Source of the DNA: a virus
Taxonomy: Duplodnaviria > Caudoviricetes
Direction: 5' to 3' (one strand)
DNA length: 64,000 nt
Virus record (IMG/VR): IMGVR_UViG_3300017913_001553
Coordinates: 8,027 to 72,026 of that record
Part shown: piece after piece, positions 28,931 through 38,116 of the stretch
How positions within the stretch are numbered: position 1 is the stretch's first letter
How the letters are laid out: the number at the start of each line of letters is the position of its first letter
Notes under the pieces: generated by a model
What the model was told of the DNA's origin: nothing
Databases searched by the model: none
Seen by the model: the letters and a program-made list of their open reading frames with translations, nothing else
Program-made: the position numbers and the translations under genes

Positions 28931-30376
28931 ATGAAATGTAAAATTATTCTAAAAGATGAAGTCAATTGTAAGATTGAAGGTCTTGATCTAGACACTCGTA
29001 AAAAGTGTGAGAAAGAACTCAAATTTAAACTACCATATGCATATCACGTGCCTGCCTATAAATTAGGTAGATGGGATGGTTGTGTTAGTTTCTTTAGTAT
29101 TGGTGGCGTGACATTCACTAATCTATTAGAAGATATTATACCAACTATTATTGGTGGTGGATATGAAATTGAATTAGAGGACCATAGAGATCATACTAAA
29201 TTACCATTTGATCCAGTTGACGAAACTACATTTCAACATAAGGTGTGGCCAAAAGGACATCCAGTAGAAGGTCAACCTGTAACACTTCGTGACTATCAGA
29301 TTCAAATTGTAAATCAGTTTTTATCAACACCACAGTGTTTACAGGAGATTGCCACTGGTGCTGGCAAGACACTTATCACAGCAGCATTGAGTAACCAAGT
29401 TGAGAAATATGGACGTAGTATTGTAATTGTCCCCAATAAAGATTTGGTAAAACAAACACGCGATGATTACGTGAACTTGGGACTTGATGTTGGTGTGTAT
29501 TTTGGAGATAAAAAAGAACTTGGTCACATGCATACTATTTGTACTTGGCAAAGTTTGAATAGTATTAAAAAGCAGTTCAAAGAAGCAAAGTCAGATTTAA
29601 GTTTGGCAGAATTTGCAGAGGATGTTGTCTGTGTCATTGTTGATGAAGTTCACCAAGCCAAAGCAGATGTTTTAAAAGAATTGTTGACCAGAGACTTTTC
29701 TCATATTCCGCTACGTTGGGGACTTACAGGAACAATTCCAAAAGAGAAGCACGAGAAGACAGCATTAAAGGCATCATTGGGTGAAGTTGTCAATAAACTA
29801 GAAGCAAAAGAACTTCAAGATATGGGAGTGCTTAGTGATTGTCATGTTAACATCATTCAGATGCTAGAAACAGTTCAGTATGATAATTATCAAAGTGAAC
29901 TAAGTTATTTGACAACTGACCCAGATCGTATGGAATATGTTATAAATTTAATTAAAAATATTAGTGAGAGTGGTAATACTCTTGTTCTTGTAGATAGATT
30001 AAAATCAGGGAACCTATTAAAAGATAATATAGAAGGATCAAAGTTCGTACATGGAGAAGTTAAAGACCGTAAATCAACATATGATGAAATTAATGAAAGT
30101 GATAATTCGATCACTATTGCAACCTACGGCGTGGCTGCTGTTGGTATTAATATTCCACGTATTTTTAACCTTGTACTTCTTGAACCAGGTAAATCTTTTG
30201 TTAGAGTTATACAGTCAATCGGTAGAGGAATCCGTAAGGCAAGTGACAAAAACCATGTAGAAATTTGGGATATAACTAGTACCGCCAAGTATAGCAAAAA
30301 ACATTTAACAGAACGAAAAAGATTTTATAAAGACGCCAATTATCCATTCACGATTGAAAAGGTAAATTGGCACTGA
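28931..30376 (+). CDS. uvsW: SF2 DNA helicase (UvsW-like)
   Basis: LRDYQ Q-motif, ATGAGKT, DEVH, GLTGT and QSIGRGIR motifs. Confidence 0.9.
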   Translation: MKCKIILKDEVNCKIEGLDLDTRKKCEKELKFKLPYAYHVPAYKLGRWDGCVSFFSIGGVTFTNLLEDIIPTIIGGGYEIELEDHRDHTKLPFDPVDETTFQHKVWPKGHPVEGQPVTLRDYQIQIVNQFLSTPQCLQEIATGAGKTLITAALSNQVEKYGRSIVIVPNKDLVKQTRDDYVNLGLDVGVYFGDKKELGHMHTICTWQSLNSIKKQFKEAKSDLSLAEFAEDVVCVIVDEVHQAKADVLKELLTRDFSHIPLRWGLTGTIPKEKHEKTALKASLGEVVNKLEAKELQDMGVLSDCHVNIIQMLETVQYDNYQSELSYLTTDPDRMEYVINLIKNISESGNTLVLVDRLKSGNLLKDNIEGSKFVHGEVKDRKSTYDEINESDNSITIATYGVAAVGINIPRIFNLVLLEPGKSFVRVIQSIGRGIRKASDKNHVEIWDITSTAKYSKKHLTERKRFYKDANYPFTIEKVNWH

Positions 30377-30386
30377 GGCACAGTAA

Positions 30387-30887
30387 ATGAAAATTTTAAC
30401 AAATCAAAATACAACGTATGAGTTGGATGAAATACCAGAGACAGTTGATGATCTAAGGTATGGTATCTTGGACTATACCAATCCAAAAAACGTTGATTAT
30501 TATTTTATTCCATTGATATTTTTGGAAAGTTTCTATAGTCCAGCAGCAGTATTGCAGATCGGAAAATATACAGTAAATGTCCCCCTTGATTGGAGCATCG
30601 TAATTTGTGATTCACAAGTTGGAAATCCAGAAGTTGTTAGTGTCATGGGGTTGAATGACCGTGGGCTACAGGCATTTGCTCTTAATCCAATTTCTGGTTA
30701 TACGCCACAATATCTTGACATTTCAATTACAAATGTGTACAGTGATGTTAAGTGGCATGCACCAAAACTAAAATTTGGACACGTTCTTTGTGTTCCACTA
30801 AGTGATGAACCAGAGAGTCCTTGTATTCTCATTTTAAAAGATAGCAATAAAATCCCAGAAGTATTAGATATTAACGATATTTGGTAA
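30387..30887 (+). CDS. beta-rich hypothetical protein
   Basis: Clean ORF in the operon; no firm motif. Confidence 0.55.
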   Translation: MKILTNQNTTYELDEIPETVDDLRYGILDYTNPKNVDYYFIPLIFLESFYSPAAVLQIGKYTVNVPLDWSIVICDSQVGNPEVVSVMGLNDRGLQAFALNPISGYTPQYLDISITNVYSDVKWHAPKLKFGHVLCVPLSDEPESPCILILKDSNKIPEVLDINDIW

Positions 30888-31348
30888 TGAAAGAAAAACT
30901 TCCACTAAAGCAGCAGTTAGATGCGATAGATTACAAAAAGAGAAAGTGGTATAATTCACTCTCGGATGAAGATAAGAAACAAGTAAGTCCATGGGTTCTA
31001 ATGCGTTTTCTTTCTTCATCTGGTGGATCGCGTGAGTTTCAGGAATATTTTCTTGAAATGACAAACGATGTAGTAAATGTTCACTTTAATACAGTTCGGC
31101 ATCACCCTGATCTTCAGGTTGGACTGATGCAAGCAGTTGGTTTAAAGCAATCAATTGGACACCCTTGGATTGCTCCAGGAAAGCGTGGACAACAATCAAA
31201 ATTGCATATGATTGTATCTGAATTACATCCAAATTTAAATGACGATGAAGTTGATTTGTTTGTTCGTGAGCAATCCAAAGACGATATGATTGATATGTTA
31301 GATCAGCTCGGTTATGAGAAAAAAGAAATCAAAAAAATATTGAAATGA
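30887..31348 (+). CDS. possible clamp-loader small subunit (gp62-like)
   Basis: SPWVLMRFLS and HPWI patterns loosely resemble gp62; size and replication context fit. Confidence 0.35.
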   Translation: MKEKLPLKQQLDAIDYKKRKWYNSLSDEDKKQVSPWVLMRFLSSSGGSREFQEYFLEMTNDVVNVHFNTVRHHPDLQVGLMQAVGLKQSIGHPWIAPGKRGQQSKLHMIVSELHPNLNDDEVDLFVREQSKDDMIDMLDQLGYEKKEIKKILK

Positions 31349-32160
31349 TCAAGCATTCTCACATTTATACATCTGATGGTATGTTCACAGGTGTATTAGG
31401 TCATATTTTGGAACAGAGTGACAGTTATAAAAGTTCAAACTTTTGTTTTAATTCGTCACTTTATAATGATATTATGATGGGTAGAGAACAAAACCGTGAT
31501 CCTTGGGATAATCACAGTATGGATAAAGATCATTGGAGTCACAAATATATTCAACACATAGAAATAGCAGATCGCTCTTTTGAATGGTTAAACAGTTTTG
31601 TTGATAGTTTTAATCATCCAACTGTTTTTGGTATTAGTTATGGTGCCTATTCTAAAAAAGATAGTTGGAACAATAAACAAGTTCAGCATATTGGATCAAA
31701 GTATAATAGAGAAATGACACTAATATATTTCCATTGTTATTTTTGTAGAGAATTTAATACAGATGATGTAATTGAAAGCTTAGATATGCATATACACGAT
31801 CATTTTCAAGATGATCCAGAATATAGAAAATATGCGATGGAAAAGTTCGGCAATGCCGCAATACAAATTTCTAAATCAGAACCTATTGAATTTTGGCAAC
31901 TTCAATCTTGTTATCATCATGGATACGAAGGTATACCAGATAAAAATCGCAAAGATGAATTTATAGAACATATAACAAGTTCTAATAAACAAAGTTCTAT
32001 ATTTTTAGATAATAATGATGTTTATACTATTGACCCTTTTGATATTGATATGTATAGTATTTGTGATAAGTTAGAAATCCAACCTAATAAAAAAATGAAT
32101 CGTTCTATCAATCAATGGAATAAGTTTACAAAAAAGATTTTAAATGACATACAAGTGTGA
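31345..32160 (+). CDS. AT-rich accessory hypothetical protein
   Basis: Overlapping start and stop with neighbours; no firm motif. Confidence 0.5.
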   Translation: MIKHSHIYTSDGMFTGVLGHILEQSDSYKSSNFCFNSSLYNDIMMGREQNRDPWDNHSMDKDHWSHKYIQHIEIADRSFEWLNSFVDSFNHPTVFGISYGAYSKKDSWNNKQVQHIGSKYNREMTLIYFHCYFCREFNTDDVIESLDMHIHDHFQDDPEYRKYAMEKFGNAAIQISKSEPIEFWQLQSCYHHGYEGIPDKNRKDEFIEHITSSNKQSSIFLDNNDVYTIDPFDIDMYSICDKLEIQPNKKMNRSINQWNKFTKKILNDIQV

Positions 32161-32815
32161 ATATTGTGGGAAAAGTTTTGCTAGGGAAAGAACCCTATCT
32201 GTCCACATGTGTGAAAAAAAGCGTAGACATCTTTCAAAGAGTGATAAAGATATTCAGTTAGCATTTAGAGTATATCAATTATTTTACAAGATTGCTACAA
32301 ATACTAAAGCATTAAAGACATTTGAAGATTTTTCTAGTAGTCAATATTATCTTGGTTTTGTTAAATTTTCTAGATACTGTATTGATCTTAAGATTGATGA
32401 TGTTGAGAGTTTTGTGAAGTGGTTATTGACTAATCAAAAAAGTTTAGATCGTTGGGCAAGTGATACTAATTTTATTCAATGGACAAAAGAACGTCTCAAA
32501 AAAGAAAGTCCAGATCGCGGAATTGAGAGAACAATATTATTCCTACAAGAATGGCAAGAAGAAACAGGTAACAACTTCAACGAATATTTCAATATTGTGT
32601 CTCCAAATATAGCAGTGTTTCATATTTGTAGTGGTAAGATAAATCCTTGGGTGATATATAGTAGTTCAAGTGCTATGAATTTAATAGAAAGACTAAACCA
32701 AGAACAACTAAACATGGTCATAGATTATATTGATCCTGATTTTTGGGAAAAGAAAATAAAGATGCAAAAAGATGATCATCAGTGGGTAAAGAGTGTGTTA
32801 GGTAACGTATTATGA
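32144..32815 (+). CDS. protein with N-terminal C2H2-type zinc finger
   Basis: Y-K-C-x2-C-x3-F-x5-L-x2-H-x-C pattern. Confidence 0.65.
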   Translation: MTYKCEYCGKSFARERTLSVHMCEKKRRHLSKSDKDIQLAFRVYQLFYKIATNTKALKTFEDFSSSQYYLGFVKFSRYCIDLKIDDVESFVKWLLTNQKSLDRWASDTNFIQWTKERLKKESPDRGIERTILFLQEWQEETGNNFNEYFNIVSPNIAVFHICSGKINPWVIYSSSSAMNLIERLNQEQLNMVIDYIDPDFWEKKIKMQKDDHQWVKSVLGNVL

Positions 32816-33387
32816 TTGTAACAACAGACGTAGATATTGACGTTGCTGATCGTCAAAAAGTTTTGGACTTGATAAAACATATCCCTGCTATGATGAATAC
32901 AGATGGCAAAGTATCAAAACATAAAACAGGTGTATTTTTTCATGATGTTCCAGTTGACCCATTCACTGGATTATGTACGGTGGACTATAAAACAGCAGAA
33001 GATATTGGATATTTTAAATTAGATATTTTGAATGTAAGTATCTATGATGGGTTGACGGAACAGGAAGTTTCCGAATTTGTTGATAAAGAACCATTGTGGG
33101 AGTTATTGGAACATGAAGATATTGTAAAGAAATGTTTTCACATTCATAATCATTTTGATATTGTGTCTAAACTACAACCAACATCTATAGAGCAACTGGC
33201 AGCAGTACTTGCAATTATTCGCCCAGCAAAAAGATATTTGCTAGATAAAGATTGGACTACTATTATGAGTGAAGTTTGGGTAAGACCAAAAGGTGATGAA
33301 TATTTCTTTAAAAAAGCACACGCGATTGCTTATGCCACTGCTATTGTTGTTCAACTCAATAAAATTGTTAAAGATTTTTCTTCATAA
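32812..33387 (+). CDS. miniature DNA polymerase III alpha (DnaE)-like catalytic core
   Basis: DVDID, KHKTGV, GYFKLDIL, P.SIEQLAAVLAIIRP and FKKAHAIAY match DnaE palm and finger motifs in order. Confidence 0.8.
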   Translation: MIVTTDVDIDVADRQKVLDLIKHIPAMMNTDGKVSKHKTGVFFHDVPVDPFTGLCTVDYKTAEDIGYFKLDILNVSIYDGLTEQEVSEFVDKEPLWELLEHEDIVKKCFHIHNHFDIVSKLQPTSIEQLAAVLAIIRPAKRYLLDKDWTTIMSEVWVRPKGDEYFFKKAHAIAYATAIVVQLNKIVKDFSS

Positions 33388-33739
33388 GATTTATACTTCG
33401 TCTTTTAACACGCTTTGTTATACTATCACTCAATCTAACCTCTGGACCTTCTACCACTGTCATTTGTTTGACATTAAAACTCTGAACGCAATACCCAAAA
33501 GGCCAACGATTGAGCAAAGCAATATTAATAGGCAACTTACGATTAGTTTCCCACCACCATTCTTCCCCAAGTTCTAAAAACAATTTTTTCTCTTCTTCCG
33601 ATCTTAGGCGTTCATAAGAATATAAACTTGCTACATGATTGTCTATATTCTGAACTATACCAATATATTCTCTTCCAGAATATTCTAAGATAGTAAGAAA
33701 CGGATATTGTTTTATAATTTCTTTGTACTCATTTCCCAT
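33368..33739 (-). CDS. hypothetical protein
   Basis: Clean ORF; CTAAATAC late-type element upstream on the minus strand. Confidence 0.6.
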   Translation of the reverse strand: MGNEYKEIIKQYPFLTILEYSGREYIGIVQNIDNHVASLYSYERLRSEEEKKLFLELGEEWWWETNRKLPINIALLNRWPFGYCVQSFNVKQMTVVEGPEVRLSDSITKRVKRRSINLMKKNL

Positions 33740-33776
33740 ATTGAATGTATTTAGTATGATTATAATTCGTAGTTTT

Positions 33777-33784
33777 TATAAATA
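33777..33784 (+). promoter_or_regulatory. T4-type late promoter
   Basis: TATAAATA upstream of 33803, followed by a GGAG RBS. Confidence 0.7.
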
Positions 33785-33802
33785 CTATATAGGAGAAACA
33801 AT

Positions 33803-34627
33803 ATGAGTAGCAATTACAGTTCTAGTTATTATATCAATCAATCAGGCGACTTATATGCGGTTGGCGCACCTAATGTAACACCTGGAATGTCAAAGTATTC
33901 TAGTACAAGAGGCACAGCAGTCAATTCACCTGCAAACTATGACAAGAAAAAGTTATTTTTGGGATTTGATAATAAGTATTTGTTTTTTATTAAAACACAG
34001 GATAGAAAACCTCTTCCATTAAACGGAATAACTGTAAACGCATCGCTTATATATCGTGAAAATGGATCAACAATTATTTCAAGAAAATGCCAAATTGTTG
34101 ATTATGATAATTCTCAAATTGAATTTTTTGTAAAATCAACAGAAATTGCTAACTTACCAGAAGGTTTATGTGATATTGTACTGAGTTATACAGATAACTA
34201 CGGTAATACATACCCTCTTTATAGTGATTTGAACATGCGTCCTACTCATACACTTGAATGTACAAATGAGGCAGGATTTATTCCAAAAACATCACAAATT
34301 ATTACTAATTTTAACTATATTGATGGGTATGGATATAGTACGGTTATTTTAGGTCCAGCATATTTCTATAAACCAAATGGTTATATTACGGTTGGTGTGT
34401 ATTGTAGTAATTATACAGGTGATTTCTATCTTCAGGGTGCTACGTCAGCACATCCACACGAAGATGATTGGTTCAATCTTGAATTGGGTACGCAGTATTA
34501 TTATCACAATTTTACTAATTTTAGTGGTATCGAACCGTTTAGTTTTCAAAGTAATCTTCAATATATCAGAGCAAAATATCAAGTAGATAACGTAGGAACA
34601 GTTGACAAAGTTGTAGTTAGAGTGTAG
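33803..34627 (+). CDS. virion structural protein (BppU-like Ig domain)
   Basis: FFIKTQDRKPL.L.G......G..D..LSYTD pattern; late promoter. Confidence 0.5.
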   Translation: MSSNYSSSYYINQSGDLYAVGAPNVTPGMSKYSSTRGTAVNSPANYDKKKLFLGFDNKYLFFIKTQDRKPLPLNGITVNASLIYRENGSTIISRKCQIVDYDNSQIEFFVKSTEIANLPEGLCDIVLSYTDNYGNTYPLYSDLNMRPTHTLECTNEAGFIPKTSQIITNFNYIDGYGYSTVILGPAYFYKPNGYITVGVYCSNYTGDFYLQGATSAHPHEDDWFNLELGTQYYYHNFTNFSGIEPFSFQSNLQYIRAKYQVDNVGTVDKVVVRV

Positions 34628-34636
34628 TATAACTGT

Positions 34637-35644
34637 ATGTCGGTAATCTTAAATTATGTACAGAAGATGATTCCCCCCAATTGGGATACAACACCTAGTG
34701 GGTGGACGCATGGGAACTGTCCTATGTGTATTCTTAATGGAGAATCACGTCCCGACGAAAAACGCCGTGGTGGTTTTACCTTTGACGAAGATGGGTTTGT
34801 GTATAATTGTTTTAATTGTGGGTATAAAGTTGTTTATAAAAACGGATATTCATTTACAAATAGATTAGAAAGACTGATGAAAGGATTTGGAACGCAAGAT
34901 TCTGATATTCAACGTCTTAAATTAGATTTGATGAGAGAAGGTGATATCTCTCATCTCGTTTCTAATACAAAGAAAAAGAAAACACTACTGTATGATTGGA
35001 AAGATATAGAGTTACCAAAAGATGCGAAACCACTAATTCAGTGGGAAGAAGTAGATGATAATATTATATCTGCTATTCAGTATCTTGAAGATCGTGGATT
35101 TGATTCGTCTGATGAACGATTTATGTATAGTAAAACAAAACTAAATGGAAGAATGAACAAGCGGTTTATTATACCATTTACATATAAAAATAAAATAGTA
35201 GGTTATACTGCTAGATGGATTGGTAAACCGCCAGAAGGAATGCCTAAATATTTTAATCAGTCTCCTAAGAATGATTATGTTTACGGCATTGATCGTCAGA
35301 AAAATAAAAAAATTGTAATTGTCACAGAAGGACAGTTGGATGCTATTATTACTGATGGTGTTGCTATAGGTAGCAATAAAATAAATGATAGTCAGGCAGA
35401 AATTATTGAAAGTTTGGCAGATAGGATTATAGTTTTGCCAGATTTTGATGGTGCTGGTGCAAATATGGTTGATTTTGCGTTGTCTCGTAAGTGGGAAGTA
35501 AGTTTTCCAGAATGGGAGAATTGTAAAGATGCTGGAGACGCTTTAAAAAAATATGGTCGTCTCTATACTATCAGAAGTATAATTGACAATTCCCAAGGAA
35601 ATAAGGTCAAGATAGAAATGTTAAAAAGAAAGTTTTGCAAATGA
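34637..35644 (+). CDS. gp61: DNA primase
   Basis: CPMC...YNCFNC Zn ribbon; TOPRIM VTEGQLD, PDFD and KDAGD motifs; promoter TTGACA 34602 / TAGTAT 34625. Confidence 0.9.
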   Translation: MSVILNYVQKMIPPNWDTTPSGWTHGNCPMCILNGESRPDEKRRGGFTFDEDGFVYNCFNCGYKVVYKNGYSFTNRLERLMKGFGTQDSDIQRLKLDLMREGDISHLVSNTKKKKTLLYDWKDIELPKDAKPLIQWEEVDDNIISAIQYLEDRGFDSSDERFMYSKTKLNGRMNKRFIIPFTYKNKIVGYTARWIGKPPEGMPKYFNQSPKNDYVYGIDRQKNKKIVIVTEGQLDAIITDGVAIGSNKINDSQAEIIESLADRIIVLPDFDGAGANMVDFALSRKWEVSFPEWENCKDAGDALKKYGRLYTIRSIIDNSQGNKVKIEMLKRKFCK

Positions 35645-36402
35645 ATATAGAATTACTTAATAGTTATCCAGAAGATAATAGTTTAAATAGACCCATTAAT
35701 CGAGGGAGTATGACTCTACTGCGTGACCTTATCACCTATAAAGTAGAAAATTTTTCCAACGTAAAAAACATTGTTGAATTAGGAGTCGGCGGCGGCGGTA
35801 AGCATGTTTTTTGGGGTAATGTGTTTTTAGATGCCAATGTATATGGAGTTGAGATTTTTCATCCAAATGGAGAGTGGGCAAGTTCTTTGAATAAAGAAAT
35901 GTTTGATTTTTTTATGAAAGGATATGAGTGTAGTACTAGGCAAGTAGTTGATTTGGAAAATGTTACTCTACTACACGGTTTTGATAGTTATAAACAAGAA
36001 ACAATTGATGTACTTGTCAAATATTTAAATGATGAAAAACTTGATTTTATTGTTGATGATAGTGATCCGAATGGCAATGAAGTACAGACTGATAGAATCA
36101 ATGCTCATAATATGTGGAAAACTATTCTTAAAGATGATGGATTTTTCTGGTCAGAGACTCTTATGGGGCAAGGAACAGATAATGCTATTGCTCTTCAGGG
36201 AACAGAAAAAAATGAAGAATTTATGAAAGAATATGCCAGAAATGGATGGGTATTGTTTGATTTAACACCATATGCTAATTATGAAAGACTACAAGCACCA
36301 TCAAATAGTTATTTTGGTATTTGGGCACATGATTTAGGTTTATACAAAGATGTCTTATTAAAATATGAGGATTGTATTTTGTATGGTCGTGAAAATTTTT
36401 AA
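35641..36402 (+). CDS. class I SAM-dependent methyltransferase
   Basis: IVELGVGGGG motif I, YGVE, LDFIVDD. Confidence 0.7.
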   Translation: MNIELLNSYPEDNSLNRPINRGSMTLLRDLITYKVENFSNVKNIVELGVGGGGKHVFWGNVFLDANVYGVEIFHPNGEWASSLNKEMFDFFMKGYECSTRQVVDLENVTLLHGFDSYKQETIDVLVKYLNDEKLDFIVDDSDPNGNEVQTDRINAHNMWKTILKDDGFFWSETLMGQGTDNAIALQGTEKNEEFMKEYARNGWVLFDLTPYANYERLQAPSNSYFGIWAHDLGLYKDVLLKYEDCILYGRENF

Positions 36403-36449
36403 TTGACTTTTTGCACAATACATACTAAATTATTTAAAAAGGTTTCCAT

Positions 36450-37841
36450 ATGAGCGATATTAAAGATTACAGTGTTGATCTTCAAAAATTATTTTTAGAA
36501 TTCTTAGCACAAGACAAAGATTTATTTGTTCGTGTTAATGGTATTCTTGAATCATCTTATTTTGATAGAACTCTGCGCAAAGGGGTTGACTTTGTAAAAT
36601 CACACGTGAGTGAATATGGAACTATCCCCACAGTTGACCAAATCAAAGCAACAACTGGAATTGGATTAAAAGATATCGGCAATGATATCAATGAGCGTCA
36701 TAAAGAATGGTTTATTGATGAATTTGAACAGTTTTGTAAACACAAGGCATTAGAATCTGCCATTCTAAGTAGTGCTGATTTGTTGGAGCGTGGAGATTTT
36801 GGTGCTGTTGAAAAGAAAGTTAAAGATGCTGTTCAAATTGGTTTAGCAAAACATATGGGAACCAACTATTGGGACAATCCAGCAGAGCGTATTGATAAAG
36901 TTAGAAACCAACGTGGTGGCACAAGCACAGGTTGGAAAGATATTGATGAAAAACTCTATGGTGGGTTTAATCGTGGAGAACTCAATATCTTTGCTGCCGC
37001 ATCTGGCGGCGGTAAATCATTATTCCTACAAAATCTTGCCTTAAATTGGAGTTTAGCAGGATTGAACGTGTTGTATGTATCATTGGAACTTAGTGAAGAA
37101 CTGTGTAGTATGCGACTTGATAGTATGCTTACAGGTATGAATACAAAAGAAGTTTTCAAGAATGTAGAAGATGTAAGTTTGAAAGTTGGAATGGAAGCAA
37201 AGAAATCTGGTGCCATTCAGATCGTCCAACTTAAAAATGGTATTACTGTCAACGATCTGACTAGTTACTTACGAGAATTTGAAACACAATCTGGTATTAC
37301 AGTTGATGCTATCTTGTTAGATTATTTGGACTTGATGATGCCAGCACAGCGTAAGGTTCCACCCAGTGATTTGTTTATCAAAGACAAGTTTGTAAGTGAA
37401 GAATTACGTAACTTTGCTGTTGAAAATGATATACTATTTGCTACAGCATCGCAGTTGAACCGTGCCGCAGTTGAAGAAATTGAGTTTGACCACTCGCACA
37501 TCAGTGGTGGTTTAAGTAAGATTCAAACAGCAGACAATGTTATTGGTATTTTCACATCACAAGCAATGAGAGAGCGTGGAAAATATCAAGTTCAGTTTAT
37601 GAAAACACGTAGTAGTAGTGGTGTCGGCCAAAAGGTTGATCTGAACTTTGATCGTTCTGGTTTGAGGATTTCTGATATTGGGGATGATGAAGAGACCGTG
37701 GATGAAGTATCAGAACTTTACAATAAACTGAAAAAGAAAAGCAATGAGACATCATCGGTTGAACAAAACACAACCCCTGCATCGACGATGGCAGTTGTGG
37801 ACACTGATCGCCTAAGAAGTATACTTAAAAAGCAAGATTAG
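36450..37841 (+). CDS. gp41: replicative DnaB-like helicase
   Basis: AASGGGKS, YVSLEL, LDYLDLM, TASQLNR and KTR motifs. Confidence 0.95.
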   Translation: MSDIKDYSVDLQKLFLEFLAQDKDLFVRVNGILESSYFDRTLRKGVDFVKSHVSEYGTIPTVDQIKATTGIGLKDIGNDINERHKEWFIDEFEQFCKHKALESAILSSADLLERGDFGAVEKKVKDAVQIGLAKHMGTNYWDNPAERIDKVRNQRGGTSTGWKDIDEKLYGGFNRGELNIFAAASGGGKSLFLQNLALNWSLAGLNVLYVSLELSEELCSMRLDSMLTGMNTKEVFKNVEDVSLKVGMEAKKSGAIQIVQLKNGITVNDLTSYLREFETQSGITVDAILLDYLDLMMPAQRKVPPSDLFIKDKFVSEELRNFAVENDILFATASQLNRAAVEEIEFDHSHISGGLSKIQTADNVIGIFTSQAMRERGKYQVQFMKTRSSSGVGQKVDLNFDRSGLRISDIGDDEETVDEVSELYNKLKKKSNETSSVEQNTTPASTMAVVDTDRLRSILKKQD

Positions 37842-37870
37842 ACTAAATACTTCTAATAGGAGATAATGTT

Positions 37871-38110
37871 GTGAAAAAGAGAACAAAATCATTACTGCAA
37901 GAAATCAATAGTATTGCGCCCACAAAAGACAAAACGCATCTTTTAGAGGCACGTGGTACTAATGCTATTACGTCTTTGATTAATCTTTTAGAGATGGTCG
38001 AGAATAATTTTGATTCTGAAACATCACAGGATATCCAAAAAAGAATTATTCTTTCTATTAAAAACAGAGATGATGACCGTTTTAAACGTGGAATCAAAAA
38101 ATTGAGGTAA
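37871..38110 (+). CDS. small hypothetical protein
   Basis: GTG start, GGAG RBS, CTAAATAC upstream. Confidence 0.6.
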   Translation: MKKRTKSLLQEINSIAPTKDKTHLLEARGTNAITSLINLLEMVENNFDSETSQDIQKRIILSIKNRDDDRFKRGIKKLR

Positions 38111-38116
38111 TTTCTT

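Noticed and set aside
31345-32160. Sulfotransferase
   Set aside because: The N-terminal TSDGMFTGVL only loosely resembles the PAPS-binding loop; support is insufficient.
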